Assembly: GCA_963536045.1 (NCBI GenBank) | Contig: CAUSZI010000002.1 | Span: forward strand, 4,757 to 68,756 | Length of the DNA stretch: 64,000 nucleotides | Origin: an uncultured Streptococcus sp. | GTDB lineage: Bacteria > Bacillota > Bacilli > Lactobacillales > Streptococcaceae | Direction: 5' to 3' | Shown here: piece by piece, positions 1 through 10,774 of the stretch | Layout of the letters: each line of letters opens with the position of its first letter | How positions within the stretch are numbered: the stretch's first letter is position 1 | Program-made: the position numbers and the translations under genes | The notes under the pieces: generated by a model | Databases searched by the model: none | Told to the model about the DNA's origin: nothing | The model's input: only the letters and a program-made list of their open reading frames with translations

Positions 1-848
1 GCGGAAATGCGCCCAAGGAAGTGGTAAAGGCTAATATTGACAAGATCAAGTCTTTGACGGACCGTCCTTTCGGAGTTAACATCATGCTCCTTTCTCCTTT
101 TGCAGACGACATTGTGGATCTCGTCATTGAAGAGGGAGTAAAAGTAGTGACAACAGGTGCGGGTAATCCAAGCAAGCACATGGCTCGTTTCCATGAAGCG
201 GGGATTACAGTTATCCCTGTTGTGCCAAGCGTGGCCTTAGCTAAGCGGATGGAAAAGATCGGTGCGGATGCAGTCATCGCAGAAGGTATGGAAGCTGGTG
301 GCCACATCGGTAAATTGACTACCATGTCCTTGGTTCGTCAGGTTGCAGAAGCAGTTAGCATTCCGGTTATTGCTGCCGGTGGTATTGCGGATGGTTCTGG
401 GGCTGCCGCTGGCTTTATGCTGGGAGCCGAGGCCGTTCAGGTCGGAACTCGCTTTGTCGTCGCTAAGGAATCCAATGCCCATCAGAACTACAAGGATATG
501 ATTTTGAAGGCTCGCGATATTGATACGACTATCTCTGCCCAGCATTTCGGTCATGCGGTTCGTGCTATTAAGAATAAGCTGACGCGTGATTTCGAAAAGG
601 CAGAAAAAGAAGCCTTCAAGCAAGAAAATCCAGATTTGACTGTTTTTGAAAATCTGGGTGCTGGTGCTTTGGCCAATGCGGTTGTTCGAGGAGATGTGGA
701 AAATGGTTCCGTCATGTCTGGTCAAATTGCTGGTTTAATCAGTAAGGAAGAAACAGTCGAAGAAATCCTCAAAGATATCTATTATGGTGCTGCTGAGAAG
801 ATTCAGCAGGAAGCAAAACGTTGGGCAGGAGTAACTAGAAATGACTAA
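1..848 (+). CDS. fabK: Enoyl-ACP reductase II FabK (5' end lies before the window)
   Basis: Motifs EGMEAGGHIG, VIAAGGIADG and QVGTRF; the frame is open from the window edge (..GNAPKEVVKANI..); first gene seen of the fab cluster. Confidence 0.95.
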   Translation, partial: GNAPKEVVKANIDKIKSLTDRPFGVNIMLLSPFADDIVDLVIEEGVKVVTTGAGNPSKHMARFHEAGITVIPVVPSVALAKRMEKIGADAVIAEGMEAGGHIGKLTTMSLVRQVAEAVSIPVIAAGGIADGSGAAAGFMLGAEAVQVGTRFVVAKESNAHQNYKDMILKARDIDTTISAQHFGHAVRAIKNKLTRDFEKAEKEAFKQENPDLTVFENLGAGALANAVVRGDVENGSVMSGQIAGLISKEETVEEILKDIYYGAAEKIQQEAKRWAGVTRND

Positions 849-1761
849 AAGAGCCTTTCTCTTCGCCGGTCAGGGAGCGCAGTATCTTGGAATGGGGCGT
901 GAGCTTTATGATCAGTATGAACTTGTGCGGTCAACTTTTGATGAGGCTAGTCAAGTTCTAGGCTATGATGTCCGAGCTTTGATCGATCAGGATGAGGAAA
1001 AGCTCAATCAAACTCGCTATACGCAACCGGCTATTTTAACGACTTCAGTAGCTATTTATCGACTCTTAGCTGATAAGGAAGTAGAGCCTGACATGGTAGC
1101 GGGTCTCTCTCTTGGAGAATATTCTGCCTTGGTGGCTGCAGGCGCCCTTGATTTCAAGACGGCGGTGGCCTTGGTTGCTAAGCGCGGTAGCTTCATGGAA
1201 GAGGCGGCTCCAGCTGGCTCAGGAAAAATGGTTGCAGTTTTAAATGCTGAGGTTTCTCTCATTGAAGCGGTCTGTCAAGAAGCAAGTGCTATTGGTGTAG
1301 TCTCACCAGCTAACTATAATACGCCTAGTCAGATTGTTATCGGCGGAGAAGTCGCGGCAGTAGATAAGGCGGTGGAGCTTTTGAAAGATGCCGGCGTCAA
1401 GCGCTTAATTCCGCTCAATGTATCTGGACCTTTCCATACAGCGCTTTTAAAGCCAGCCAGCCAACGATTGGCAGAAGTCTTGGAAACAGTTGAGTTTTCA
1501 GATTTTGTACGGCCATTAGTCGGAAATACAGAAGCAACTGTGATGGAAAAAGAGGGAGTCAGAGAGCTTTTGACTCGTCAGGTAATGGAGCCAGTGCGCT
1601 TTTATGACAGCATTGCCAAGATGCAGGAAGCTGGCGTGACTGAATTTATCGAAATCGGTCCTGGCAAAGTCCTATCTGGTTTTATTAAGAAAATTGATAA
1701 ATCTGCGGATGTACGCCAAGTTGAAGATGTAGAAAGTTTGAATGCTCTTCTAGAAAAATAA
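841..1761 (+). CDS. fabD: Malonyl-CoA:ACP transacylase
   Basis: FAGQGAQ, catalytic GLSLGEY, VSGPFHT, EIGPGKVL; fab operon context. Confidence 0.97.
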   Translation: MTKRAFLFAGQGAQYLGMGRELYDQYELVRSTFDEASQVLGYDVRALIDQDEEKLNQTRYTQPAILTTSVAIYRLLADKEVEPDMVAGLSLGEYSALVAAGALDFKTAVALVAKRGSFMEEAAPAGSGKMVAVLNAEVSLIEAVCQEASAIGVVSPANYNTPSQIVIGGEVAAVDKAVELLKDAGVKRLIPLNVSGPFHTALLKPASQRLAEVLETVEFSDFVRPLVGNTEATVMEKEGVRELLTRQVMEPVRFYDSIAKMQEAGVTEFIEIGPGKVLSGFIKKIDKSADVRQVEDVESLNALLEK

Positions 1762-1773
1762 TGAGGAATCATC

Positions 1774-2508
1774 ATGGAATTACAAAACAAGAATGTGTTA
1801 ATTACAGGGTCCGCTCGTGGGATTGGGCTGGCAATTGCGCATAAATTTGCCAGTGTCGGAGCCAATGTTATCTTAAACGGACTAAGCGGGATTTCTGATG
1901 ATATTTTGGCTGAATTTGCAGGATATTCTGGTAAAGTCGTAGCTGTTATTGGGGATGTGTCTAAAGCTGTGGATGCTCAGCGGATAGTGGAAGAAGCTGT
2001 TGAGGCTCTGGGGTCTGTGGATGTATTGGTCAACAACGCTGGTATTACACGTGATAAGCTCATGCTGAAAATGACGGAAGAAGATTTTGAGCAGGTGCTG
2101 AAAGTGAACTTGACTGGAACATTCAATATGACACAATCAGTCCTGAAACCGATGACAAAAGCTCGTCAGGGTGCTATTATCAACCTATCGAGTGTCGTTG
2201 GTTTGGCTGGGAATATCGGTCAGGCAAACTATGCAGCTTCCAAGGCCGGTCTGATTGGTTTTTCTAAGTCAGTAGCCCGTGAAGTGGCAGCGCGTAATAT
2301 CCGTGTGAACTGCATTGCCCCTGGCTTTATCGCATCTGATATGACAGATGTACTTCCAGAAAAAGTAAAGGCGGCGTCTCTGGCACTCATTCCGATGAAG
2401 CGTTTTGGTACTCCGGAAGAAGTAGCAGATGTTGCTCTCTTCTTGGCGGGTCAAGAATATCTGACGGGTCAAGTCATCACGATTGATGGCGGCTTTACTA
2501 TGCAGTAA
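1774..2508 (+). CDS. fabG: 3-oxoacyl-ACP reductase
   Basis: SDR motifs TGSARGIG, NNAGITRD, YAASKAG. Confidence 0.97.
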   Translation: MELQNKNVLITGSARGIGLAIAHKFASVGANVILNGLSGISDDILAEFAGYSGKVVAVIGDVSKAVDAQRIVEEAVEALGSVDVLVNNAGITRDKLMLKMTEEDFEQVLKVNLTGTFNMTQSVLKPMTKARQGAIINLSSVVGLAGNIGQANYAASKAGLIGFSKSVAREVAARNIRVNCIAPGFIASDMTDVLPEKVKAASLALIPMKRFGTPEEVADVALFLAGQEYLTGQVITIDGGFTMQ

Positions 2509-2572
2509 GTCATAGTTTTTGAATATTAACGAGTAGAAAATCAGTTGATTCATCTAAATAAAGGAGCTCAAT

Positions 2573-3805
2573 ATGAAACTTAATCGAGTTGTTGTAACAG
2601 GATACGGTTTAACTTCACCTATCGGGAATACTCCAGAAGAATTCTGGAATAATTTAAAAGAAGGCAATATTGGAATCGGTCCAATTACTAAATTTGATCA
2701 TAGTGAATACAGTGTTCACAATGCGGCGGAAATTCAGGATTTCCCTTTTGATAAATATTTTGTCAAAAAGGATACCAACCGTTATGATAATTACACTCTT
2801 TATGCGCTTTATGCCTCTCAAGAAGCGGTGAATAATGCTCACTTAGATGTAGATACGCTGGATAAGGATCGCTTTGGTGTCATTGTTGCTTCAGGTATCG
2901 GTGGGATTCAGGAAATTGAAGAGCAGGTTGTTCGCTTGCATGAAAAAGGTCCTAAACGTATCAAACCTTTGACCTTGCCAAAAGCCCTGCCAAATATGGG
3001 GGCAGGAAATGTGGCTATGCGCTTTGGAGCCAATGGTATCTGTAAGTCGGTCAATACAGCCTGTGCTTCAGCAAACGATGCGATTGGTGAAGCTTTCCGC
3101 TCAATTAAGTTCGGTTATCAAGATGTGATGCTGGTTGGTGGTTCAGAAGCTTCTATTACGCCATTTGCGATTGCTGGTTTCCAAGCTCTGACTGCTCTTT
3201 CTACGACAGAAGATCCTAAGCGTGCTTCTATTCCGTTTGATAAGGACCGCAATGGTTTTGTCATGGGTGAAGGTTCTGGGATGTTAGTTCTGGAAAGTTT
3301 GGAACATGCTGAGAAACGCGGAGCGACTATCTTGGCTGAGGTGGTAGGATACGGGCACACTTGTGACGCTTACCATATGACTTCTCCACATCCAGAAGGT
3401 TTGGGCGCTATCAAGGCTATCAAACAGGCGGTTGAAGAAGCTGAAATTGAGCCAAAAGATGTGGCTTATGTCAATGCTCACGGTACATCGACCCCTGCTA
3501 ACGAAAAAGGTGAAAGCGGAGCCATTGTTTCTGTCTTTGGTAAAGATGTAGCGGTGTCTTCAACCAAATCCTTTACAGGACACCTGCTCGGAGCGGCGGG
3601 CGCAGTTGAGGCTATTGCAACGATTGAAGCAATGCGTCATAGCTATGTGCCAAAAACAGCTGGTACAACAGAGCTGCCAGACTATATTGAAGCCAACGTT
3701 ATTTACGGTCAAGGTAAGGAACAGGAAATCCCTTATGCGATTTCTAATACATTTGGCTTTGGCGGCCACAATGCCGTACTTGCCTTTAAACGCTGGGAGG
3801 CTTAA
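2573..3805 (+). CDS. fabF: 3-oxoacyl-ACP synthase II
   Basis: TACAS active-site Cys, NAHGTST, SNTFGFGGHN. Confidence 0.97.
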   Translation: MKLNRVVVTGYGLTSPIGNTPEEFWNNLKEGNIGIGPITKFDHSEYSVHNAAEIQDFPFDKYFVKKDTNRYDNYTLYALYASQEAVNNAHLDVDTLDKDRFGVIVASGIGGIQEIEEQVVRLHEKGPKRIKPLTLPKALPNMGAGNVAMRFGANGICKSVNTACASANDAIGEAFRSIKFGYQDVMLVGGSEASITPFAIAGFQALTALSTTEDPKRASIPFDKDRNGFVMGEGSGMLVLESLEHAEKRGATILAEVVGYGHTCDAYHMTSPHPEGLGAIKAIKQAVEEAEIEPKDVAYVNAHGTSTPANEKGESGAIVSVFGKDVAVSSTKSFTGHLLGAAGAVEAIATIEAMRHSYVPKTAGTTELPDYIEANVIYGQGKEQEIPYAISNTFGFGGHNAVLAFKRWEA

Positions 3806-3811
3806 AAACCT

Positions 3812-4300
3812 ATGAATATCAACGAAATTAAAGATTTAATGGCGCAGTTTGACCAGTCTAGTCTGCGTGAGTTTTCTTACAAAAATCAGAGCGATGAGCT
3901 GACTTTTAGTAAGAATGAAGGTCAGGCTGCGGTTCCAACAGCCAGTGCTGCTCCAATTGCTGCACCTTTGCAGGCTGCGACTGCTCCTGTGATTGAGCCA
4001 ACTCCTCAAGCAGCTCCGCCTGCAGAGCCAGAACCAGTTTCAGAAGCTCCGGCACCTGCTGCTGAAGGCGATGTTGTGGAAAGTCCTTTGGTTGGGGTGG
4101 CTTACTTAGCAGCTGGTCCAGACAAGCCGCCGTTTGTATCTGTTGGAGACCAAGTTAAAAAAGGTCAAACCCTGATGATTATTGAAGCAATGAAGGTCAT
4201 GAATGAAGTTCCTGCACCGAAAGATGGTCTGGTTACAGAAATTCTAGTTGAGAATGAAGAAATGGTTGAATTTGGGAAAGGGCTGGTACGCATCAAATGA
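3812..4300 (+). CDS. accB: Acetyl-CoA carboxylase biotin carboxyl carrier protein
   Basis: EAMKVM biotinylation motif after an Ala/Pro-rich linker. Confidence 0.97.
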   Translation: MNINEIKDLMAQFDQSSLREFSYKNQSDELTFSKNEGQAAVPTASAAPIAAPLQAATAPVIEPTPQAAPPAEPEPVSEAPAPAAEGDVVESPLVGVAYLAAGPDKPPFVSVGDQVKKGQTLMIIEAMKVMNEVPAPKDGLVTEILVENEEMVEFGKGLVRIK

Positions 4301-4719
4301 TTGATATTAATGCAATAAAAGAAGCACTTCCGCACCGCTACCCAATGCTTTTGGTAGACCGTGTTTTGGAAGTTAGTGAAGATGAGATTGTTGCTCTGAA
4401 AAATGTGACAGTCAATGAGCCATTCTTTAATGGACATTTTCCTCAATACCCTGTCATGCCAGGTGTTTTGATTATGGAAGCTCTGGCTCAAACAGCCGGT
4501 GTGCTGGAATTGTCTAAAGAAGAAAATAAGGGCAAACTGGTCTTCTATGCTGGCATGGACAAGGTTAAGTTCAAGAAGCAAGTTGTACCAGGTGACCAGC
4601 TGATTATGACAGCTAAGTTTGTCAAGCGTCGCGGAACGATTGCGGTTGTAGAGGCGAAAGCAGAAGTTGACGGAAAACTTGCAGCCAGCGGTACTTTGAC
4701 CTTTGCGATTGGCCAGTAG
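4297..4719 (+). CDS. fabZ: 3-hydroxyacyl-ACP dehydratase
   Basis: [13 protein letters not shown] and [20 protein letters not shown]. Confidence 0.97.
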   Translation: MIDINAIKEALPHRYPMLLVDRVLEVSEDEIVALKNVTVNEPFFNGHFPQYPVMPGVLIMEALAQTAGVLELSKEENKGKLVFYAGMDKVKFKKQVVPGDQLIMTAKFVKRRGTIAVVEAKAEVDGKLAASGTLTFAIGQ

Positions 4720-4737
4720 ATAAAAGGAGCTTTCACC

Positions 4738-6105
4738 ATGTTTCGTAAAATTTTAATTGCTAACCGTGGGGAAATTGCGGTCAGAATCATTCGTGCAGCC
4801 CGCGAGTTGGGAATTGATACGGTAGCCGTCTATTCAACGGCTGACAAGGAAGCACTCCATACCTTATTGGCTGATGAGGCCGTCTGCATCGGTCCAGCCA
4901 AGTCTACTGATTCTTATCTGAATATGAACGCTGTTCTGTCTGCTGCTGTTCTGACAGGTGCAGAAGCCATTCATCCTGGTTTTGGTTTTTTGAGCGAAAA
5001 CTCTAAATTTGCGACCATGTGCGAAGAGGTCGGCATTAAGTTTATTGGACCTTCAGGTGCTGTTATGGACTTGATGGGGGACAAGATTAATGCTCGGGCT
5101 CAGATGATTAAGGCGAAAGTGCCGGTTATCCCAGGATCTGATGGAGAAGTTCATACCTCTGAAGAAGCCTTGGAAGTCGCCGAAAAGATAGGCTATCCAG
5201 TCATGCTTAAAGCTTCTGCTGGCGGCGGCGGCAAGGGTATTCGTAAGGTTGAAAAGGCTGGGGATTTAGTAGCGGCCTTTGAGTCTGCTTCTAGCGAAGC
5301 AAAAGCAGCCTTTGGTAATGGTGCCATGTATATGGAGCGAGTCATCTATCCAGCGCGCCATATTGAAGTGCAGATTCTGGCAGATCAGCAGGGGCATGTG
5401 GTCCACTTGGGCGAGCGGGATTGCTCTTTGCAGCGTAATAATCAGAAAGTGCTAGAAGAAAGTCCATCCGTGGCGATCGGGAAAACCCTACGTCAGCAGA
5501 TTGGTGAAGCAGCTGTTCGGGCTGCTCAGTCTGTCGGCTATGAAAATGCTGGTACAATTGAGTTTCTTCTTGATGAAGCCAAGGGTGAATTCTACTTTAT
5601 GGAGATGAACACTCGGGTGCAGGTTGAGCATCCAGTGACCGAGTTTGTCACTGGTGTGGATATTGTAAAAGAGCAAATCAAGATTGCAAACGGTCAAGAG
5701 CTGTCCTTCAGTCAGGATGATGTTGAAATCCGAGGGCATGCAATTGAGTGTCGGATCAATGCTGAAAATCCAGCCTTTAACTTTGCGCCAAGTCCTGGTA
5801 AGATTTCAAATGTTTATCTGCCAAGCGGTGGAGTGGGGCTGCGTGTGGATTCGGCCGTCTATCCTGGCTACACCATCCCCCCTTACTACGATAGCATGAT
5901 TGCAAAGATAATTGTTCATGGGGAAAATCGCTTCGATGCTCTGATGAAGATGCAACGTGCACTCTATGAACTAGAAATTGACGGTGTTGTGACCAACAGC
6001 GGCTTCCAACTGGACTTAATCTCAGATCCTAATGTGATTGCTGGTGATTATGACACAGCCTTTCTCATGGAGAAGTTCCTTCCGGCTTATCAAGAGAAAC
6101 AATAG
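4738..6105 (+). CDS. accC: Biotin carboxylase
   Basis: ANRGEIAVRI, GGGGKG, EMNTRVQVEHPVTE. Confidence 0.97.
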   Translation: MFRKILIANRGEIAVRIIRAARELGIDTVAVYSTADKEALHTLLADEAVCIGPAKSTDSYLNMNAVLSAAVLTGAEAIHPGFGFLSENSKFATMCEEVGIKFIGPSGAVMDLMGDKINARAQMIKAKVPVIPGSDGEVHTSEEALEVAEKIGYPVMLKASAGGGGKGIRKVEKAGDLVAAFESASSEAKAAFGNGAMYMERVIYPARHIEVQILADQQGHVVHLGERDCSLQRNNQKVLEESPSVAIGKTLRQQIGEAAVRAAQSVGYENAGTIEFLLDEAKGEFYFMEMNTRVQVEHPVTEFVTGVDIVKEQIKIANGQELSFSQDDVEIRGHAIECRINAENPAFNFAPSPGKISNVYLPSGGVGLRVDSAVYPGYTIPPYYDSMIAKIIVHGENRFDALMKMQRALYELEIDGVVTNSGFQLDLISDPNVIAGDYDTAFLMEKFLPAYQEKQ

Positions 6106-6204
6106 ATACGACATGTAAGAGCTGCTCTGTAAACTCGAAAGCCGGCGGCTCTTGCTGTTTGATGTGCCTGAGTATAAAATCTTGAAAAGGAGAAGACGTA
6201 AACG

Positions 6205-7068
6205 ATGGCTTTGTTTTCAAAGAAGGATAAATATATCCGTATCAATCCTAATCGAGCGAGTCGGGAAAAGCCTCAAGCAAAGCCTGAGGTACCAGACGAA
6301 CTCTTTTCGAAATGCCCAGGTTGTAAGCATACCATTTACCAAAAAGATCTTGGAAATGACAGTGTGTGTCCTAACTGTGGCTATAATTTCCGTATTTCTG
6401 CTCATGAGCGCTTAAATCTAACCGTGGATGAGAACAGTTTTGAGGAGATGTTCACTGGAATTGAAACCAAGGATCCTCTGAACTTCCCTAACTATCAGGA
6501 GAAATTAGCTCTTACCCGCGAGAAGACAGGGTTGGATGAGGCGGTTCTGACTGGGACGGCTAGTATCAAGGGGCATAAAACGGCTCTTGGAATCATGGAT
6601 TCAAACTTTATCATGGCATCTATGGGGACAGTAGTGGGTGAAAAGATTACCCGCCTCTTTGAGTATGCGACAGAGCATAAATTGCCAGTCGTTCTGTTTA
6701 CGGCTTCTGGTGGTGCCCGCATGCAGGAGGGCATTATGAGTTTGATGCAGATGGCTAAGGTCTCTGCTGCTGTACAGCGTCACTCCGCAGCAGGCCTCTT
6801 CTATTTGACTGTCTTGACAGATCCGACAACTGGTGGTGTCACAGCCTCTTTTGCTATGGAGGGTGATATTATTCTGGCTGAAACTCAGGCTCTTGTTGGG
6901 TTTGCCGGTCGTCGGGTTATTGAGTCCACAGTTCGTGAGAAGCTGCCAGATGATTTTCAAAAGGCTGAATTTCTCATGGAGCATGGTTTTGTAGATGCCA
7001 TCGTCAAGCGTGGTGATATGAGAGATACACTTGCTACCCTATTAGCATTCCATGGAGGTCAAGCATGA
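6205..7068 (+). CDS. accD: Acetyl-CoA carboxylase carboxyltransferase beta subunit
   Basis: C4 zinc finger (CPGC..CPNC), [20 protein letters not shown]. Confidence 0.97.
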   Translation: MALFSKKDKYIRINPNRASREKPQAKPEVPDELFSKCPGCKHTIYQKDLGNDSVCPNCGYNFRISAHERLNLTVDENSFEEMFTGIETKDPLNFPNYQEKLALTREKTGLDEAVLTGTASIKGHKTALGIMDSNFIMASMGTVVGEKITRLFEYATEHKLPVVLFTASGGARMQEGIMSLMQMAKVSAAVQRHSAAGLFYLTVLTDPTTGGVTASFAMEGDIILAETQALVGFAGRRVIESTVREKLPDDFQKAEFLMEHGFVDAIVKRGDMRDTLATLLAFHGGQA

Positions 7069-7835
7069 CAAAAATCACTCGGATTATTAAAGAAGCGCGT
7101 GATCAGGCTCGTTTGACTGCGCTGGATTTTGCACAAGGAATTTTTGATAACTTTGTTGAGTTGCATGGGGATCGCTCTTTTCGAGATGACGGTGCGGTGA
7201 TTGGAGGTATCGGGACGCTAAACGGTCAGCCTGTAACAGTGGTCGGTATTCAAAAGGGTCGCAATTTGCAGGACAATCTGCGACGAAACTTTGGACAGCC
7301 GCATCCGGAAGGCTACCGTAAGGCCCTGCGCCTCATGAAACAGGCGGAAAAATTTGGCCGTCCTGTGGTAACCTTTATCAATACGGCAGGTGCCTACCCT
7401 GGTGTCGGTGCTGAGGAGCGTGGTCAAGGGGAAGCTATTGCCCGTAACTTAATGGAAATGAGCAATCTCAAAGTTCCGATTATTGCCATCATCATTGGTG
7501 AAGGTGGCTCAGGTGGTGCCTTGGCTTTGGCTGTGGCAGATAAGGTCTGGATGCTGGAAAACTCTATGTATGCAGTTCTCAGTCCGGAAGGTTTTGCTTC
7601 CATCCTCTGGAAAGACGGTAGCCGCGCTATGGAAGCTGCCGAGCTGATGAAAATTACTTCACACGAGCTCTTGCAGATGGAAGTGGTAGATAAGGTTATT
7701 CCTGAAAGAGGCTTTAACAACCATGAATTACTGGCTGCAGTGAAAGAAGAAATCGCAACGGAGTTGGATAGTCTGTCTCAGCTACCCTTGGAGCAATTAC
7801 TGGAAAATCGCTATCAGAGATTCAGGAAATATTAA
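7065..7835 (+). CDS. accA: Acetyl-CoA carboxylase carboxyltransferase alpha subunit
   Basis: [28 protein letters not shown]. Confidence 0.97.
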   Translation: MTKITRIIKEARDQARLTALDFAQGIFDNFVELHGDRSFRDDGAVIGGIGTLNGQPVTVVGIQKGRNLQDNLRRNFGQPHPEGYRKALRLMKQAEKFGRPVVTFINTAGAYPGVGAEERGQGEAIARNLMEMSNLKVPIIAIIIGEGGSGGALALAVADKVWMLENSMYAVLSPEGFASILWKDGSRAMEAAELMKITSHELLQMEVVDKVIPERGFNNHELLAAVKEEIATELDSLSQLPLEQLLENRYQRFRKY

Positions 7836-7840
7836 AAATC

Positions 7841-7861
7841 GAAGCCAGAAGGCTTCTTTTT
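7841..7861 (+). terminator. Intrinsic terminator of the fab/acc operon
   Basis: GAAGCC-agaa-GGCTTC followed by a T run just after the accA stop. Confidence 0.6.
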
Positions 7862-8033
7862 CTCGTTTCGAATTCTTGTTTGAAATTGATGTGGAGCTAC
7901 CTTGCGAGGGAAATATATTTTAGTTTGAAAAATCGCATTATATTCTCTTTATAGGACTTATATAAAATATATATTATACAAACCATTGGTCCTATGTTAA
8001 GATAGTTTCTAATTAAAAGAAATGAGGTTTCAT

Positions 8034-8582
8034 ATGTCAGAATTTACTATCCACACGATTGAGTCCGCACCAGCTGAGGTAAAAGAAGTCCTGGAAACTG
8101 TTCAAAAAGATAATGGTGGCTATATTCCTAATCTTATCGGTCTTTTGGCCAATGCGCCAACAGCTTTGGAAACTTATCGGACGGTTGGAGCCATCAATCG
8201 CCGTAACAGCCTGACACCAACTGAGCGTGAAGTAGTGCAGATTACGGCTGCAGTTACTAATGGCTGTGCTTTCTGTGTGGCGGGTCATACAGCTTTTTCA
8301 ATCAAGCAGATTCAAATGAATGATGATCTTTTGGAGGCTCTGCGCAATCGTACTCCGATTGATACAGATCCGAAGCTAGATACGCTTGCTAAATTTACCA
8401 TTGCTGTCATCAATACTAAGGGACGGGTCGGAGACGAGGCTTTGGTAGACTTCCTAGAAGCGGGCTATACGCATGAGAATGCTCTGGATGTAGTTCTGGG
8501 TGTCAGCCTTGCGACCCTTTGCAATTATGCCAATAATCTGGCCAACACGCCAATTAATCCGGAATTGCAGCCTTATGCCTAG
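8034..8582 (+). CDS. Carboxymuconolactone decarboxylase/AhpD-like protein (Mip-like alkylhydroperoxidase)
   Basis: E-x7-A-x2-NGCAFCVAGH AhpD-type CxxC motif; start placed at ATG 8034 after GAGG. Confidence 0.85.
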   Translation: MSEFTIHTIESAPAEVKEVLETVQKDNGGYIPNLIGLLANAPTALETYRTVGAINRRNSLTPTEREVVQITAAVTNGCAFCVAGHTAFSIKQIQMNDDLLEALRNRTPIDTDPKLDTLAKFTIAVINTKGRVGDEALVDFLEAGYTHENALDVVLGVSLATLCNYANNLANTPINPELQPYA

Positions 8583-8600
8583 TCTTTGAGGAGGTGGCAA

Positions 8601-9665
8601 ATGACATTTTTTTCAGAAGAGTTTATCAACTGGTTGGATGACCACGCTGACCAAATTGACAAAGAATCCTGTGCAGCAGGCAATCAATTGATTGAGCGTA
8701 TCGCTGCTGAAGGAGCCTTTCGGGTTGGCGTTCCAGAAGAGCTGGGAGGCCTAGGTGGCAATGATACGGATGTGATTGATGTGCTCAAGGAGCTGGCTCA
8801 CCATTCCTTGACCGCCTCCTTTATTTCTTGGGGACAAAGGACCTTTATTGATAACGTCTTAAAGTCTGCTAATTCCTACTTTAGAGACCACTATTTGGAA
8901 GGGCTTTTGTCAGGGGAATATGCAGGTGCGACAGCCCTGTCCAATGCTGTCAAATTCCTGTCGGACTTAGAAGAGTTAAATGTCTCTATTGTGGAAGAAG
9001 ATGGGCAGCTTTATCTGAAGGGGCGTCTGCCTTGGGTAACCAATGCTCGCGCGGATCGCTTCCTCAGCGTATTTGTTGCTGGTTTCGAAGACGGGAGCCA
9101 CCAGCCGCTGGTTCTGGCTGTGCCATCTGATGCGGAGAATTTCTCCCGTTCAGCGGATTTAGAGTTTGTATCCTTGCAAGGGGGAAATACAGCTGCCCTG
9201 ACCTTTAACCATGTGCCTTTGCAAGAGGAATGGATTCTTGCACAAGATGCCAAGGCCTTTTTGGCAGAAAATCGCCCAGCTTTTCTAGGTTATCAGTTTG
9301 GTCTGGCTCTTGGCCTAGCGGAGAAATCGCTGGCGGAGGTCGAAGCTAATCTGTTAGTCCGCTCTATTTTGAGAGAGGAGTGGGAGGAGCAAGTGGCTGC
9401 TCTGACTGCGATCCAGGATCAGCTCTATAGAGGTCTTCTCCAGCCTGGTTATTTCGTTGAGCGTCCTAAGGAGCTCTTCCAGCTGCGAATTGATATAGTT
9501 GATGTGGTGGCCCAAAGTCTGCTCTTGGAGCTCCAGGCTAGTGGAGGAAGAGGATACTTGAGTAATTCGACTTCTGGCTTTATCCGCCGTTGGAACGAAG
9601 GAGCTTTTCTTCCCATTGTATCACCGAGTGCAGTCCAGCTGCGGCATATTTTAGAAGTTTCATAG
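8601..9665 (+). CDS. Acyl-CoA dehydrogenase-like flavoprotein
   Basis: VPEELGGLG, GATALSN, LKGRLPWVTN, QASGGRGY; RBS GAGGAGG before ATG 8601. Confidence 0.8.
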   Translation: MTFFSEEFINWLDDHADQIDKESCAAGNQLIERIAAEGAFRVGVPEELGGLGGNDTDVIDVLKELAHHSLTASFISWGQRTFIDNVLKSANSYFRDHYLEGLLSGEYAGATALSNAVKFLSDLEELNVSIVEEDGQLYLKGRLPWVTNARADRFLSVFVAGFEDGSHQPLVLAVPSDAENFSRSADLEFVSLQGGNTAALTFNHVPLQEEWILAQDAKAFLAENRPAFLGYQFGLALGLAEKSLAEVEANLLVRSILREEWEEQVAALTAIQDQLYRGLLQPGYFVERPKELFQLRIDIVDVVAQSLLLELQASGGRGYLSNSTSGFIRRWNEGAFLPIVSPSAVQLRHILEVS

Positions 9666-9737
9666 AAATGATGGTAAACAAACGTCTGATTGTCATTGAA
9701 GAGGGACTTCAAGACATTACTATAAAGGAGTTGCTTC

Positions 9738-10655
9738 GTGAACAGCAAACGACCGCCTATTCTTTTATCTGGGTTGATTCTTGGCCTATTTGGCTTAGCT
9801 AATCTGTTGCTGAACTACCATTCTATCTTTTTCCACTTCTTGAATGGTCTGGCTTTGATACTTTGGCTTTATCTGACACTGGCTTTAGTGCTGTCATTTT
9901 CGGACTATCGGCAAGATTTGCAAAAGGCTCCTTTCTTATCGAGCTTTGCGACTTATCCTATGGCTAGTATGCTTTTAGCTTCTTACCTAAGCAAGCTTGG
10001 CTTATTTTGGGTGGGCCAGCTGCTTTGGTATATAGCCTTGCTTCTGCATATTTTTCTAATAGCTATCTTTACTTGGAAGTATGTGCTTAAGGCCGAGGGA
10101 TTATCTTTGACCCCGAGCTGGACGGTCCTATATGTTGGCTTGGCCATGGCAAGCTTGACTCAGGGTGTAGTTCATCAGCCGTTTTTGGGATATTTGGCTT
10201 GGTTTTTTGCTCTGCTACTGAGTTTGATTCTTTATCCCTTGTTTTACAAGGTTAGGCGGTCACAAAGGATGCCTGATGCTTTAAGGCCACAGTGGGCCAT
10301 TTACTGTGCGCCTTTCTCGCTCCTGCTGGGAAGCTATATCCGTCTGGCTGGTGCTGATGCTGAAGGTTGGTTTGTTGCCTTGCTGCTCCTCTTATCGCAA
10401 GCCTTTTATCTGTTGGTCCTATGCCTCTTACCTCGCATTTTCCGACTGGGTCCTCAGCTTGGCTGGTCAGCCTTGACCTTTCCTCTTGTCAATACAGCTT
10501 TTGCCCTGAAACTGGGACTTGATTATCTAGGTTGGACCTGGCTTGTTTGGCTGAGTCATGCAGAAGCTCTGATAGCTTTCGTAATTGTCCTTTATGTTTG
10601 TTTTTACTATATAGTCTCATTGCGAGCCAGAAAGATAACAAAAAATCCGAGATGA
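9738..10655 (+). CDS. TDT (tellurite-resistance/dicarboxylate, SLAC1-like) family transporter
   Basis: About 10 hydrophobic segments; FATYPM, PSWTVLYVG, IYCAPFSL, WSALTFPL; AAGGAG RBS before the GTG. Confidence 0.8.
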   Translation: MNSKRPPILLSGLILGLFGLANLLLNYHSIFFHFLNGLALILWLYLTLALVLSFSDYRQDLQKAPFLSSFATYPMASMLLASYLSKLGLFWVGQLLWYIALLLHIFLIAIFTWKYVLKAEGLSLTPSWTVLYVGLAMASLTQGVVHQPFLGYLAWFFALLLSLILYPLFYKVRRSQRMPDALRPQWAIYCAPFSLLLGSYIRLAGADAEGWFVALLLLLSQAFYLLVLCLLPRIFRLGPQLGWSALTFPLVNTAFALKLGLDYLGWTWLVWLSHAEALIAFVIVLYVCFYYIVSLRARKITKNPR

Positions 10656-10707
10656 TACTCTTTGAAACTCTATTTTTGATTTTCTCTGAGTTGATCTCGG
10701 ATTTTTT
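10640..10707. terminator. Probable bidirectional terminator between the TDT gene and serS
   Basis: 14-bp inverted repeat AAAAAATCCGAGAT..ATCTCGGATTTTTT between convergent genes. Confidence 0.55.
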
Positions 10708-10774
10708 TATTTTAGCAAAATATGTCTGAACTTAGACCTAATAATACAGGCAAATTATCAGGATGAACTTCTTT

